This document shows, in pieces, positions 8,545-17,566 of a stretch of 64,000 bases of DNA. The notes beneath the pieces were generated by a model. The model saw only the letters and a program-made list of their open reading frames with translations, was not told where the DNA came from and ran no database searches. Source of the DNA: an uncultured archaeon (GTDB lineage Archaea; Asgardarchaeota; Thorarchaeia; Thorarchaeales; Thorarchaeaceae); assembly GCA_964458565.1 (NCBI GenBank), contig CAYWJO010000004.1, positions 64,001-128,000 of the forward strand, written 5' to 3'. Positions within the stretch are counted from its first letter, which is position 1, and every line of letters begins with the position of its first letter. The position numbers and the translations under genes are program-made.

Positions 8545-9834
8545 ATTACATCGAAATTATCTCTGGAAATTATTGATGGTGGAGACCTCAAGGGATTTGT
8601 TCATCTCAATCACGAGAAAGCAGAACAATTAGGCGCTGAGTTTGGTTCGATTGTTGTCTTTGAGGACCCGCAATCTGCGTTTTGGGGTGCTGGTGAAGTG
8701 CGTACAAATAATGAGGTGTCTGATGATAAAATCATGATAGATTCTCTTGTTTTAGAAGCATCACTCCTTATGGATGGAGATCAAGTAGAAGTTTCGTTAT
8801 ACGATGAGGATATGATTGCACTGGAATATGTTGAATTTGGGCTAAAGCCATTAACGGAGGAAGCAAACACAGAGGATTTGGTCACACGCGCTGCTGAGGA
8901 GGTTGAGAATCTGGAACGCCTTATTGGTGGTCGTTTGGTTTATCCAGGCATGTCTTTCAATTGGCCTGCCTTACAAGCAAAGGTGGAAATTATCAAGACG
9001 CGTCCCCATTTGACTGGAAAGAATTTCGCGAAGTTAGCTTTTGAGGCACTAAAGGAGAGAACTGGATACGAATTCAAGACCGTTGGGATTGCGACCCCAT
9101 TTAACGCAGTTCTATGTATTGATACAAGTGGATCGATGAAGACGACAGATGTTCCTGTAAAGGATATTGCTCACGCTCGTGAAGGGCTCAAAGACCTTGC
9201 AGGAGATAATCCTGAAGTACAGGAATTTCTTGATAGGTTCAAAGAGGGATCCAGAGTCAGTCGTGCTGAGGCTGCTGCAATGGCTGTCCTACTCTATCTA
9301 GCAGAGAAAGTTGGACGTGGATATGGAGAGAAAGTTGCCATAGTAACTTTCGAGAAAGATGTTAGTATAATGACTTTCATGAATACGGTTTCGGGACAAG
9401 TTCAACCATTTGTAGAGTGCACAGGGCGAGACAAATCCCTTGGTCTTCAGATTGTGAGTACTCATGTTGTCGATAAGGTTGAGGAAGGTGGTACTCTAAC
9501 GGATATGGGTAATGCGTTGAGCAAAGCAAGGGATGTGATCCAAGAATTCGGGGACTCTACTAAACCAACTATGCTCATTCTTCTTACTGATGGTATGACC
9601 ACTTCTGGTCCACCTCCATTGAAGGTTCTTAAGGAGCGATATAGCGACCTTAAGCATCTTGTAGTTTATTGTATTGGTCTTGGAGAACGTAGCGAGATTG
9701 ATGAAGAATTAATGCTGGCTCTATCACAACATGGTAATGGCACTTATCGTCATGTCGACAATATGAGAGATCTCTTAGAGTGGTATGGTCGCCTCGCTAC
9801 AGAATTTGCTGTTGTTATCAAGGGATCCGAATGA
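8545..9834 (+). CDS. CDC48/VAT N-domain (double-psi beta-barrel + subdomain 2) fused to vWA; probable ATT start
   Basis: Frame is open from 8515. First DPBB half (FVHLNHEKAEQLGAEFGSIVVF) lies upstream of the GTG at 8698. AGGAGG at 8532-8537, ATT at 8545. MIDAS IDTSGS...T...LTDG intact. Confidence 0.75.
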   Translation: MTSKLSLEIIDGGDLKGFVHLNHEKAEQLGAEFGSIVVFEDPQSAFWGAGEVRTNNEVSDDKIMIDSLVLEASLLMDGDQVEVSLYDEDMIALEYVEFGLKPLTEEANTEDLVTRAAEEVENLERLIGGRLVYPGMSFNWPALQAKVEIIKTRPHLTGKNFAKLAFEALKERTGYEFKTVGIATPFNAVLCIDTSGSMKTTDVPVKDIAHAREGLKDLAGDNPEVQEFLDRFKEGSRVSRAEAAAMAVLLYLAEKVGRGYGEKVAIVTFEKDVSIMTFMNTVSGQVQPFVECTGRDKSLGLQIVSTHVVDKVEEGGTLTDMGNALSKARDVIQEFGDSTKPTMLILLTDGMTTSGPPPLKVLKERYSDLKHLVVYCIGLGERSEIDEELMLALSQHGNGTYRHVDNMRDLLEWYGRLATEFAVVIKGSE

Positions 9835-9841
9835 TTTCTAA

Positions 9842-11149
9842 TCACTCATGCTCTAGAGCTTGGGCAAGACCCTTCAGAGTATCCTCATCCATTTCCTCAA
9901 GCTGATCCTGGGGCATACTATCTAGCATATCTTTAGGAATTGCTATCATTATCTTCGCTTTTGATTCCCCGAATTTCTGAGTCAGGTCTTTAAATCGTTC
10001 CTCTTCTTCCGGTGTACGTGATTCTTTTTCCTTCAAACTATCTTCGAGAATTTCTACTAATTCGGATTTCTTCATCGATTCCAATTTTGAATCCGAATAA
10101 TTCTCCTTAACGTGTAAGGGAAGTTCATCAATAATCTCAGATTTAGTCATGCTTTTGTATTCAGACCCACCTGTTGCAGCAGCCTCTTCATCTTCATCAG
10201 ATGAAGCGGCAATAAGCGCTTCCAAATCTTCTTCGGAAAGAGTATCAAGTGTTCCCGCCGGGAGGGATTCCTTGATGTCCTTAGGTATTTTTGCTATTAA
10301 TTCCTCACGAGATATTTTCTTTACCTTGCGGACACGAGTAACTTTTCTTACCTTAACCTTCTTCTTCTTCTCTTTTTCCTTATCAAATGATGAAAGCAAT
10401 GAATCAACAAGTTCCCTTGCAGTTTCAGGTGTGAGTCTTTTCAAATCTTCAGGTGGTAATGAATCTAATATATCATCGGGCAGTTCGTCAAGTATTGCTT
10501 CCACTTCTGCGGATTTTACTACAGAAGCTTCTGCATCTTTTGCGCGATCTTTCTCTAACTGTGCTCTATATTCGTCTTCTTTTTCTTCAAGAAGTATGGA
10601 TCCTGACTCCATCTCCTCTACAATAGACATGTCATAGTCGATATTAAAATCACGGTCTCGCCAATTGATGAAGTGATCAATACCTAGAGATGTCAGCTTT
10701 ATGGATGCTAGATATTCCCTTATCTCTTCTTCTCCCATATCCTCGAAGTTGTTTACGATTACAGACACTTTCTCTCTTGGAATCCGTGCCCAGATTGGAC
10801 CATGCAGCAATTTTGACAACCCAGCCGCACAATGCGAACGAACCCATGGATTAGAATCATGGAGTCCACGAATCATAGTCGGTATAGTTTTAGGTTGCTT
10901 GTACCATGCCAAAACTTGTGCTGCAGCAATTCGAACTTCTGCTTCCTCATCGTCAATTACATCGACAACATTGTCTACAATCGTAGGATCATTCAGGTCG
11001 ATTGCAGCTATTAGAGCACGAGCTCTCACAACATCAGAGGTGTCTGTGAAAGCTTTCTCGAGTGCCTTTCTTACTCTCTTGTCCTTTCTTGCCTGTATTC
11101 CTACTTCTTCCATTTCATATTCAAGCAATAGCCTTCTTGTTTCCGACAA
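9842..11149 (-). CDS. HEAT/PBS-lyase repeat protein with four C-terminal helical LP/IP repeats
   Basis: D.S.VVRARA / DEEAEVRIAAAQVL / DSNPWVRSHCAAGL HEAT repeats; acidic C-terminal half with four ~33-aa repeats. Confidence 0.75.
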   Translation of the reverse strand: MSETRRLLLEYEMEEVGIQARKDKRVRKALEKAFTDTSDVVRARALIAAIDLNDPTIVDNVVDVIDDEEAEVRIAAAQVLAWYKQPKTIPTMIRGLHDSNPWVRSHCAAGLSKLLHGPIWARIPREKVSVIVNNFEDMGEEEIREYLASIKLTSLGIDHFINWRDRDFNIDYDMSIVEEMESGSILLEEKEDEYRAQLEKDRAKDAEASVVKSAEVEAILDELPDDILDSLPPEDLKRLTPETARELVDSLLSSFDKEKEKKKKVKVRKVTRVRKVKKISREELIAKIPKDIKESLPAGTLDTLSEEDLEALIAASSDEDEEAAATGGSEYKSMTKSEIIDELPLHVKENYSDSKLESMKKSELVEILEDSLKEKESRTPEEEERFKDLTQKFGESKAKIMIAIPKDMLDSMPQDQLEEMDEDTLKGLAQALEHE

Positions 11150-11336
11150 GAGGAGTCCTCCGAAGCGACTAATTTCATTACTTCATGAAGAGTTGACTGG
11201 TGGCGTTTCAGCTCTTCTTTTCTATTTCAGAATATTGAAGTCCTATACTTAAATGAGTTGGCTCTACGTATATGGTTTTTGTGTCTATGTCACTTACCAC
11301 ATCAAATTTAGGAAGGTATGTTTTCAATCCTTTTGA

Positions 11337-12152
11337 ATGCACATGATTAATGATAAAGACTACCTGCGGATTCTGCTATTTTCTCTCATTATGTTTCTAA
11401 TTACTCTAGGAGCACTAGTACTCCCGATAATTGCTGGCCCTGATGCTGAGGGTTTAATCTCTACGCTCATGTTTTTTCTAACCTTCATACTTTTTTGGGT
11501 AACTGTAGCAATTTTCCTTTCCTGGGAAGGTAAAGGTGAATCCATCGAGAAATTGGGACTTGAATGGGATAACAAAACTATTCCCCATATCATGATTGGT
11601 GCTATTGTAGGCATCTTAGCTAGTGGTCTTGTTTTCATATTTGCAGCCTTTTTTGGCGGTGACCTTCGACCCGTTGCAGAAATTACAGGTGACTTAATCG
11701 TGGCTGAGGTAATAATCACAGCACCTGTTGCATTTTTCGAAGAATTGACATATCGCGGCTATTTAATGACTAGAATGGAGGGTCTATTTGGAAAAGAGTT
11801 GGCTATCGTATCAAGTGCAATTATTTTTTCATTGCTTCATTTTGCATGGTGGACCAGATTATCAGGATCTGAATTATACTTGATTCTCATTTTTACTTTC
11901 AATATGTTCCTCGGTGGAGTTGTCTTGGGTTATGGGTATTACCTTTCTGGAAGAAAACTCTGGGTTCCAATCGCATTTCATTTCACATGGAATATTATTG
12001 CATACATCCTCTTTCCTTCTTTCACTAGAGACCCTGTCACAAATCCCGGGATATTTCAGATAGAATGGGGGGTTACAACAATTCCAGGGTTCCTGTTTGG
12101 ATTATCCCTTTTTTATCTACTACTAAATGAAATTAAACGTAGAAAAAAATGA
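11337..12152 (+). CDS. CPBP (CAAX/Abi) family intramembrane protease
   Basis: FFEELTYRGYL, FSLLH, PIAFHFTWN motifs; multi-TM. Confidence 0.9.
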   Translation: MHMINDKDYLRILLFSLIMFLITLGALVLPIIAGPDAEGLISTLMFFLTFILFWVTVAIFLSWEGKGESIEKLGLEWDNKTIPHIMIGAIVGILASGLVFIFAAFFGGDLRPVAEITGDLIVAEVIITAPVAFFEELTYRGYLMTRMEGLFGKELAIVSSAIIFSLLHFAWWTRLSGSELYLILIFTFNMFLGGVVLGYGYYLSGRKLWVPIAFHFTWNIIAYILFPSFTRDPVTNPGIFQIEWGVTTIPGFLFGLSLFYLLLNEIKRRKK

Positions 12153-12181
12153 ATGGTCGGAATTCTTCTGACCTATTCAAT

Positions 12182-12907
12182 TCACTGTGATGGGGACTCA
12201 TCACCTGAGGAAACATAGCTGGCATCTTCCTTGGTGACAATCATAGTGAGTCCTGTTATCCCGATTATTGACACGGTTTCTCCTTTAGATATGGGTGGTC
12301 CTGATGTCTTTGCCCACCATATCTCTGCACCCACTTTGATCTTTCCTTTTGGATCGATGTCAGTAAGCGCCACAAGATCACTCATTTTGCCATATTGATA
12401 TTCCGGCCATTTCTCGTAGTCACGCAGGAATGCAAAGTATATACCCATGAGACAGAGAATAGATCCCGCCATGATGTATATTGGTAATCTTCCTGAGGGA
12501 TCAATTAAGACTGCAAGAAATATTGCAATCCCATAAAATGGAAAGAGCTTCAACGATACTTTTGCATCAATAAAGCCGCCTTCTATGACTCCACCACCAC
12601 CAGTGAATATGGCAAACATCATGTAGAGGATTCCACCAATTATGATGATTAACCACCATTGATTATTGATGTCCCACCCAGTCAACCAAATCTGAAATAC
12701 GAAAAGAATGACTACCAAGGGAACAACTACTTGAGCCATCGCTTTCCCTGTTGCAGGCTCTACTGTGAGAACCAACAGAGTAAGTACGATTGACATTAGT
12801 ATGAGTCCGAATAATGGGTCGACAAGGAAGTAAGTCATGCTGACACTTAGAACTGATAGCATTAGCATGACTACAACAATCTTTATCCAAGCATCCAATC
12901 CAAGCAC
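12182..12907 (-). CDS. NfeD family membrane protein (short form, C-terminal OB fold)
   Basis: Multi-TM followed by PKGKIKVGAEIWWA..GPPISKGETVSIIGITGLTMIV; adjacent to an SPFH gene. Confidence 0.8.
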   Translation of the reverse strand: MLGLDAWIKIVVVMLMLSVLSVSMTYFLVDPLFGLILMSIVLTLLVLTVEPATGKAMAQVVVPLVVILFVFQIWLTGWDINNQWWLIIIIGGILYMMFAIFTGGGGVIEGGFIDAKVSLKLFPFYGIAIFLAVLIDPSGRLPIYIMAGSILCLMGIYFAFLRDYEKWPEYQYGKMSDLVALTDIDPKGKIKVGAEIWWAKTSGPPISKGETVSIIGITGLTMIVTKEDASYVSSGDESPSQ

Positions 12908-12928
12908 CTCAAATCAAAAGAGTATGTA

Positions 12929-13765
12929 TCAATCCTCCACAGTACCCTTATCCTTGGGCAATCGTAGTCCTCCAGTTCCAACTGACATTGCTGCTGCTGT
13001 TCCTGCAGTTACTCCTACTTCAGGTATGTTTGTAGGTACCATGATGATTAGATTCGCGTTCTTGGATATCTCTTGCATAATGTTCCATGTTCTGAGAACG
13101 AACCCAACTGAAGATTTCTCATACATCTTCGCTGCTTTGAGCATGTTTTCAGCAGCTTCGAGCTCAGCTGTAGCTAGTGTGATTCTTGCTCGGCGCTCTC
13201 TCTCTGCTTGAGCTTCACGACTCATTGCATCTTGAAGTGCTGCTGGAATCACAACATCTCGTATCTCTACAGATGTGACTTTGACACCCCAATGTTCTGT
13301 CTTTTCGTCAATTAATTCTTGCAGGTGACCTGCAATTTGATCACGCTCAGATAGTAGCTGATCAAGTGTTACTTTACCTGTGGTTTCTCTCAATGTTGTC
13401 TGTGCTGCAAGTTCCACTGCTACCGCATAACGTTCTACTGTCAGGATTGCTTTCTCTACATCTATAATGCGGAAATACATGACAGCGTCTACAACAACGG
13501 GTACATTATCCTTAGTCAATGACCTCTCTGTCTTGAACGCGTATGTCAGAAGCCTGAGGGAAACTTTCATAGCTATTTTATCTAGCAGTGGAAATACCCA
13601 CACGATTCCAGGTCCCTTAATATTGCGGAATTTTCCCAATCTTAGTATTGCAATTCTCTCCCATTCCTTGAGAACTTTGATTCCTGATGCTACAAACATG
13701 AGGATAAATATCGCAATGAATGTGATGAGAAGCATAATCATAAATCCTAAATCAAACGTTTGCAA
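12929..13765 (-). CDS. SPFH/stomatin (slipin) family protein
   Basis: EWERIAILRLGK, LTKDNVPVVVDAV, AQTTLR, WGVKVTSVEIRD, AQAERERRA. Confidence 0.92.
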   Translation of the reverse strand: MQTFDLGFMIMLLITFIAIFILMFVASGIKVLKEWERIAILRLGKFRNIKGPGIVWVFPLLDKIAMKVSLRLLTYAFKTERSLTKDNVPVVVDAVMYFRIIDVEKAILTVERYAVAVELAAQTTLRETTGKVTLDQLLSERDQIAGHLQELIDEKTEHWGVKVTSVEIRDVVIPAALQDAMSREAQAERERRARITLATAELEAAENMLKAAKMYEKSSVGFVLRTWNIMQEISKNANLIIMVPTNIPEVGVTAGTAAAMSVGTGGLRLPKDKGTVED

Positions 13766-13913
13766 TTCTTATTTACTCCTCGCACTCACACGTTTCTCTA
13801 CGCGTGGTAAACGGTACAACTGTCCGTTTCTGTATGTATATCTACCTGAATGGTATATGAAGCTTCGTCTCTAATTATTGACGACCAAGTTGTTCAGTTT
13901 TTTCCTTACTAGC

Positions 13914-14879
13914 TTATGTATCTTCCATATCAAGAAGTAGCTCCTCTCTCTGAGCTGAACTGAATGGCATGGATGGAAGCGGAAATACATTCAGGATGGT
14001 TCGACTTATGGCAACTAGCAGTCCGGTAGTGAATATTGACGCTACTGTTCTCTCTATTGGATACAGAAACATGACTGCTGACCACCACCCCCAAATCGTG
14101 TTAACATCTAATCCAAAGGTGTAAAATAAATAGTAAACTCCAATTGCAGATCCTAAAGCTTGGTCAACCATAACCGCAAGGAATGCCAATATCCAAAATG
14201 CAAACAAGCTTTCAGCAAACAAATTCGAAAGAAGCATTCCTAGAATGATTAATACGAGAACACCACCTCCAAAGAGGATTATCGCTAATAGATGAAAGTC
14301 AGGTAAATAGAATAACCCGAATCCTGAAATTAGCAGCAAAGTGGGTACCAGAAGCAGGAATTTGTTTGGATTCTCAAGTTTTCTGAATATTATTTTTCCT
14401 GACTTAAAATTCAGATAATCTAAGAATTTAGTTGAAATCATTGGTACAGCAATGATCAATGCTAATACTAACCCGAAAAGGTGGAACCAAAGAAAACCAA
14501 TTCCAAGTATTCCGATTGGACTAAGAATGTATAATACAACCGCCATGAGGTAAATAACCAATACTCCTATTGGTTTACGAATACGAATAAATCCTGCCGC
14601 GAGCGCTCCAGCAGCTGTTGCTATAGGTGTGAATAGGCCGAGGACCATTAGTTCTGCATTAGCAAACATTGCAACATAGGAACCAATAAGGACTGAAATT
14701 GTACCTACGATTGGTCCTAAAAGGAAACCTGAAACTGCAGCGCTTACCATTCCTAGGGAAATGATCCCTCCTGTTCCAGCTGCAGGAACTGCTGGTATCA
14801 TTGTAAGAGTAAAATGAAGTGCAGCAAACATACTCGTTAATGCAATTCTATATGATGGGGAATCAATTTCATAGGTCAT
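13914..14879 (-). CDS. ECF transporter S-component-like membrane protein
   Basis: IALTSMFAAL N-terminus, GFLLGP..G..S..IG, YPIER motif; multi-TM. Confidence 0.6.
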   Translation of the reverse strand: MTYEIDSPSYRIALTSMFAALHFTLTMIPAVPAAGTGGIISLGMVSAAVSGFLLGPIVGTISVLIGSYVAMFANAELMVLGLFTPIATAAGALAAGFIRIRKPIGVLVIYLMAVVLYILSPIGILGIGFLWFHLFGLVLALIIAVPMISTKFLDYLNFKSGKIIFRKLENPNKFLLLVPTLLLISGFGLFYLPDFHLLAIILFGGGVLVLIILGMLLSNLFAESLFAFWILAFLAVMVDQALGSAIGVYYLFYTFGLDVNTIWGWWSAVMFLYPIERTVASIFTTGLLVAISRTILNVFPLPSMPFSSAQREELLLDMEDT

Positions 14880-14899
14880 CTACTACCCTCCGATTGTAG

Positions 14900-14918
14900 T
14901 GTAGTATAGTAAACTACA
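14900..14918. promoter_or_regulatory. Candidate operator palindrome TGTAGT-N7-ACTACA
   Basis: Inverted repeat in the 105-bp divergent spacer between the ECF gene and the HTH-PfkB regulator. Confidence 0.35.
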
Positions 14919-14984
14919 TAGGTAAGTATGTACATAGAGTCGACAAGAAAACAACTATTTGAACCTAACGGGAGCAAGTAAAAG

Positions 14985-16298
14985 ATGAAAAAACCCGTCG
15001 AACTCTGGCCCTATCTTCTTTTCCTGCCTATTGATATGGAGAAAAGAAACAAATTCATCAGGTCTATTTTGTCTTCAAAGGTTGCATCATCTATTTTCTC
15101 GAGCTTTGGAACCGAAGGCCGAGTACTTCAGAGAGACCTAGTTGAGGAACTTCCACATTCAAATAAGACCATAATCTCGTTTCTAGAAAAATTACGAAAA
15201 TATGGCCTTATCATTTCAGGTTCAGAGGTCTCTGGGGGAAAACGTGTTGTTGTTCATGAGTTAACGAAGACTGGGTGGGAATTTTCAAGATTCTTTTTCG
15301 AGGGACTGCCTTCAGATATTGGAGATTTGACTACATCTCTTTTGGAGGAATACTTGCTACGCCTCGTAATGCTGCATCGTGAGCAACAGCTTCCTGATAC
15401 GATGGTTTTTGACGCCTTTACTAGAGCTCGAACAAAGGCATTCATCCATAACTCTCCCAAATACAACAAATCAGATGTGACAATTATTGCACCCATTATT
15501 GTTGATACAATCCTGAAATGTAGAGATTTTCCATCTCCTGGTGAAACTGTTGAATACCAACCTTTGATGCGTATTCCAAGAGGAACTGGTTTCGATGTAG
15601 CAAAACAAATTGCAGACCATCAGGTTCGTGTCGCATATATCAGTGAGGTCGGTAATGATCAAAAGGGATGGAATGCTCTTTCAGAGCTAATACGACAAAA
15701 TGTAGACGTCACAGGTGTTAAAATATCTGAGACCTTACATACCCCTGAATCATTCACCCTTACGAATGAGAAAGACGAGAGAAAGCTAATTGACCGTAGT
15801 GAAAAAATAGCTTTCAATATCCATTCGCCCTCAGACGTTCCATGGAGTACCTTAGAGTCCACAAGGGTGGTTTTTCTTGATGATATCTCTCCTGAGGTTG
15901 GGATTACAATTGCTGTATTTTCACGGTCAAGGGGCATACCTGTTGTGATCAGTTGTCCACCACTATGTACTAAAGATCGATTTGAAGATTATATTCCATT
16001 TCTCTCCCAAGTAGATGTAATCCTAATGTCCAATGAATCATGGAGTGCGATCAAGAAAGTGATGGATAATAATCCTGTAAAACAGATGCGTCTTCATACT
16101 CAAGCTAGCATAATTGCCAGAGTTACAAAAAGAAGCTATAAACTCTATCTACCTGAAAAGGGAATCACAAGTCAGACATCCAATCAAAGTAATGACATTA
16201 CGACGAAATATATCTCGGGATTTCTGAAAGGTATGTTACAGGCATATAGCATTCAAGAGGCTCACAATATGGGCTTGGAGTATGAAGAATCAAGCTAG
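14985..16298 (+). CDS. wHTH + PfkB/ribokinase-fold protein (kinase probably inactive; ligand-sensing regulator)
   Basis: N-terminal HTH (QRDLVEELPHSNKTIISFLEKL); PfkB-like EVGNDQKG..L...NVDV and VDVILMSNESW. The C-terminal DTxGAGD motif is absent. Confidence 0.7.
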   Translation: MKKPVELWPYLLFLPIDMEKRNKFIRSILSSKVASSIFSSFGTEGRVLQRDLVEELPHSNKTIISFLEKLRKYGLIISGSEVSGGKRVVVHELTKTGWEFSRFFFEGLPSDIGDLTTSLLEEYLLRLVMLHREQQLPDTMVFDAFTRARTKAFIHNSPKYNKSDVTIIAPIIVDTILKCRDFPSPGETVEYQPLMRIPRGTGFDVAKQIADHQVRVAYISEVGNDQKGWNALSELIRQNVDVTGVKISETLHTPESFTLTNEKDERKLIDRSEKIAFNIHSPSDVPWSTLESTRVVFLDDISPEVGITIAVFSRSRGIPVVISCPPLCTKDRFEDYIPFLSQVDVILMSNESWSAIKKVMDNNPVKQMRLHTQASIIARVTKRSYKLYLPEKGITSQTSNQSNDITTKYISGFLKGMLQAYSIQEAHNMGLEYEESS

Positions 16299-17287
16299 TT
16301 ACTTGATGAGGCTAGTATCCAGAAAAACAATCCACCTAGAATCCAAACAAAGAGACCTGCTCCCAGTACAACTCCAAGAGTAGCTCCCATTCCGGAAGAG
16401 CCTAAGTTTACATGCATATTACTAAATTTCTTGAAACCACCAATATACTTGGTTTCATATTCGCAGTGAAACTCCTTCTCTGTTACCGCTCCACATATCT
16501 CACAGACGAATTTGTTTTGAACCATCGCACCAATTAGGCTGTCCAGATTGCAACCAATGAATGCAGTAAGAATGCCTAGAGGAATGATGAATGCTAGATG
16601 CTCCAATCCCCCTGTAACCGCCAAGTTGATTGGGATTGATCCCGGAGCAACAATTGCAAAAAACACTGCAATGAATCCTAGACCTATTCCAGCTCCTACA
16701 GCTGCAAGCTCACCAAGGAGAGATACTGCACCAATTGTCCCTCGTGGAACTCTTCTTCTCAGATTCGTTATCAATCTGGGTTTGCTTTTACTGAAAACTC
16801 CAATCTCGCTTGCTAGTGTATCTGCAGTAGTCGTAGCGACTGCCCCTATGAATCCACCAAACATCCAATATGGTAACGTGCTGGTACCATTAGCGATAAC
16901 ATCAATTCCAAGCGCTGAGTATTGGGCACCCCAAGGTGCAAATCCAGTTAGCCACATTCCGATTGAAAAGAACATCGGAATCAGTCCACTAGCCATTACA
17001 TTTCTCCAGGATCTCTTGCCCTTACTTTCTTGTGCAAGTCCCTGCTTTGCTTTTGCCTTATACTTGAATTTTGTAGCAATACCCGCACTAGTAAAGAAGA
17101 ATAACAGAAGAACGAATGCTGCAGGACCTCCTGTGTACCATGTCGTAAATCCAATTATGAACGCACCAATCAAACCTGAAATGTCAACAAATCCTATTTT
17201 GTAAACTAGAAAACCAATCATGCACATCATCAATAACCCTGAAACTACAGGGTGGTCTAGTATTGTTATCATTTCACACACATCCAT
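16295..17287 (-). CDS. DUF92/TMEM19 family membrane protein
   Basis: RSWRNVMASG, ADTLASEIG, GAVSLLGE, DSLIGAMVQ, CEICG..EFHC. Confidence 0.9.
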   Translation of the reverse strand: MDVCEMITILDHPVVSGLLMMCMIGFLVYKIGFVDISGLIGAFIIGFTTWYTGGPAAFVLLLFFFTSAGIATKFKYKAKAKQGLAQESKGKRSWRNVMASGLIPMFFSIGMWLTGFAPWGAQYSALGIDVIANGTSTLPYWMFGGFIGAVATTTADTLASEIGVFSKSKPRLITNLRRRVPRGTIGAVSLLGELAAVGAGIGLGFIAVFFAIVAPGSIPINLAVTGGLEHLAFIIPLGILTAFIGCNLDSLIGAMVQNKFVCEICGAVTEKEFHCEYETKYIGGFKKFSNMHVNLGSSGMGATLGVVLGAGLFVWILGGLFFWILASSSN

Positions 17288-17566
17288 GTATCATTACCTG
17301 CACAGCAGGTGCAATCACTGTAATCGGTGTTCTATCATCATATAATAACTGATATTTTGATTGTCTATTAGTTTATGAGGCGCGTTTTTTGACCTATTAT
17401 ACCTTTGCTCTTGGTCTTATATACTGTCGAAGGTTGAATGCGTCAATGCCGAAGTTGCGCAAAATATGCATAGTTTAATAGGCTCTTATTGGACAAAATA
17501 AGGATTTTTAGGTTCGATTTAAGATACTTTCCTGATTATAGCTCTTTAATGGTTCTAAAAAAAGCT

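Noticed and set aside
10149-11252. Long antisense ORFs (e.g. 10149-10637, 10701-11252, 16548-17204, 25334-25906)
   Set aside because: Shadow ORFs opposite well-supported genes, with Ser-rich or mirror composition and no motifs.
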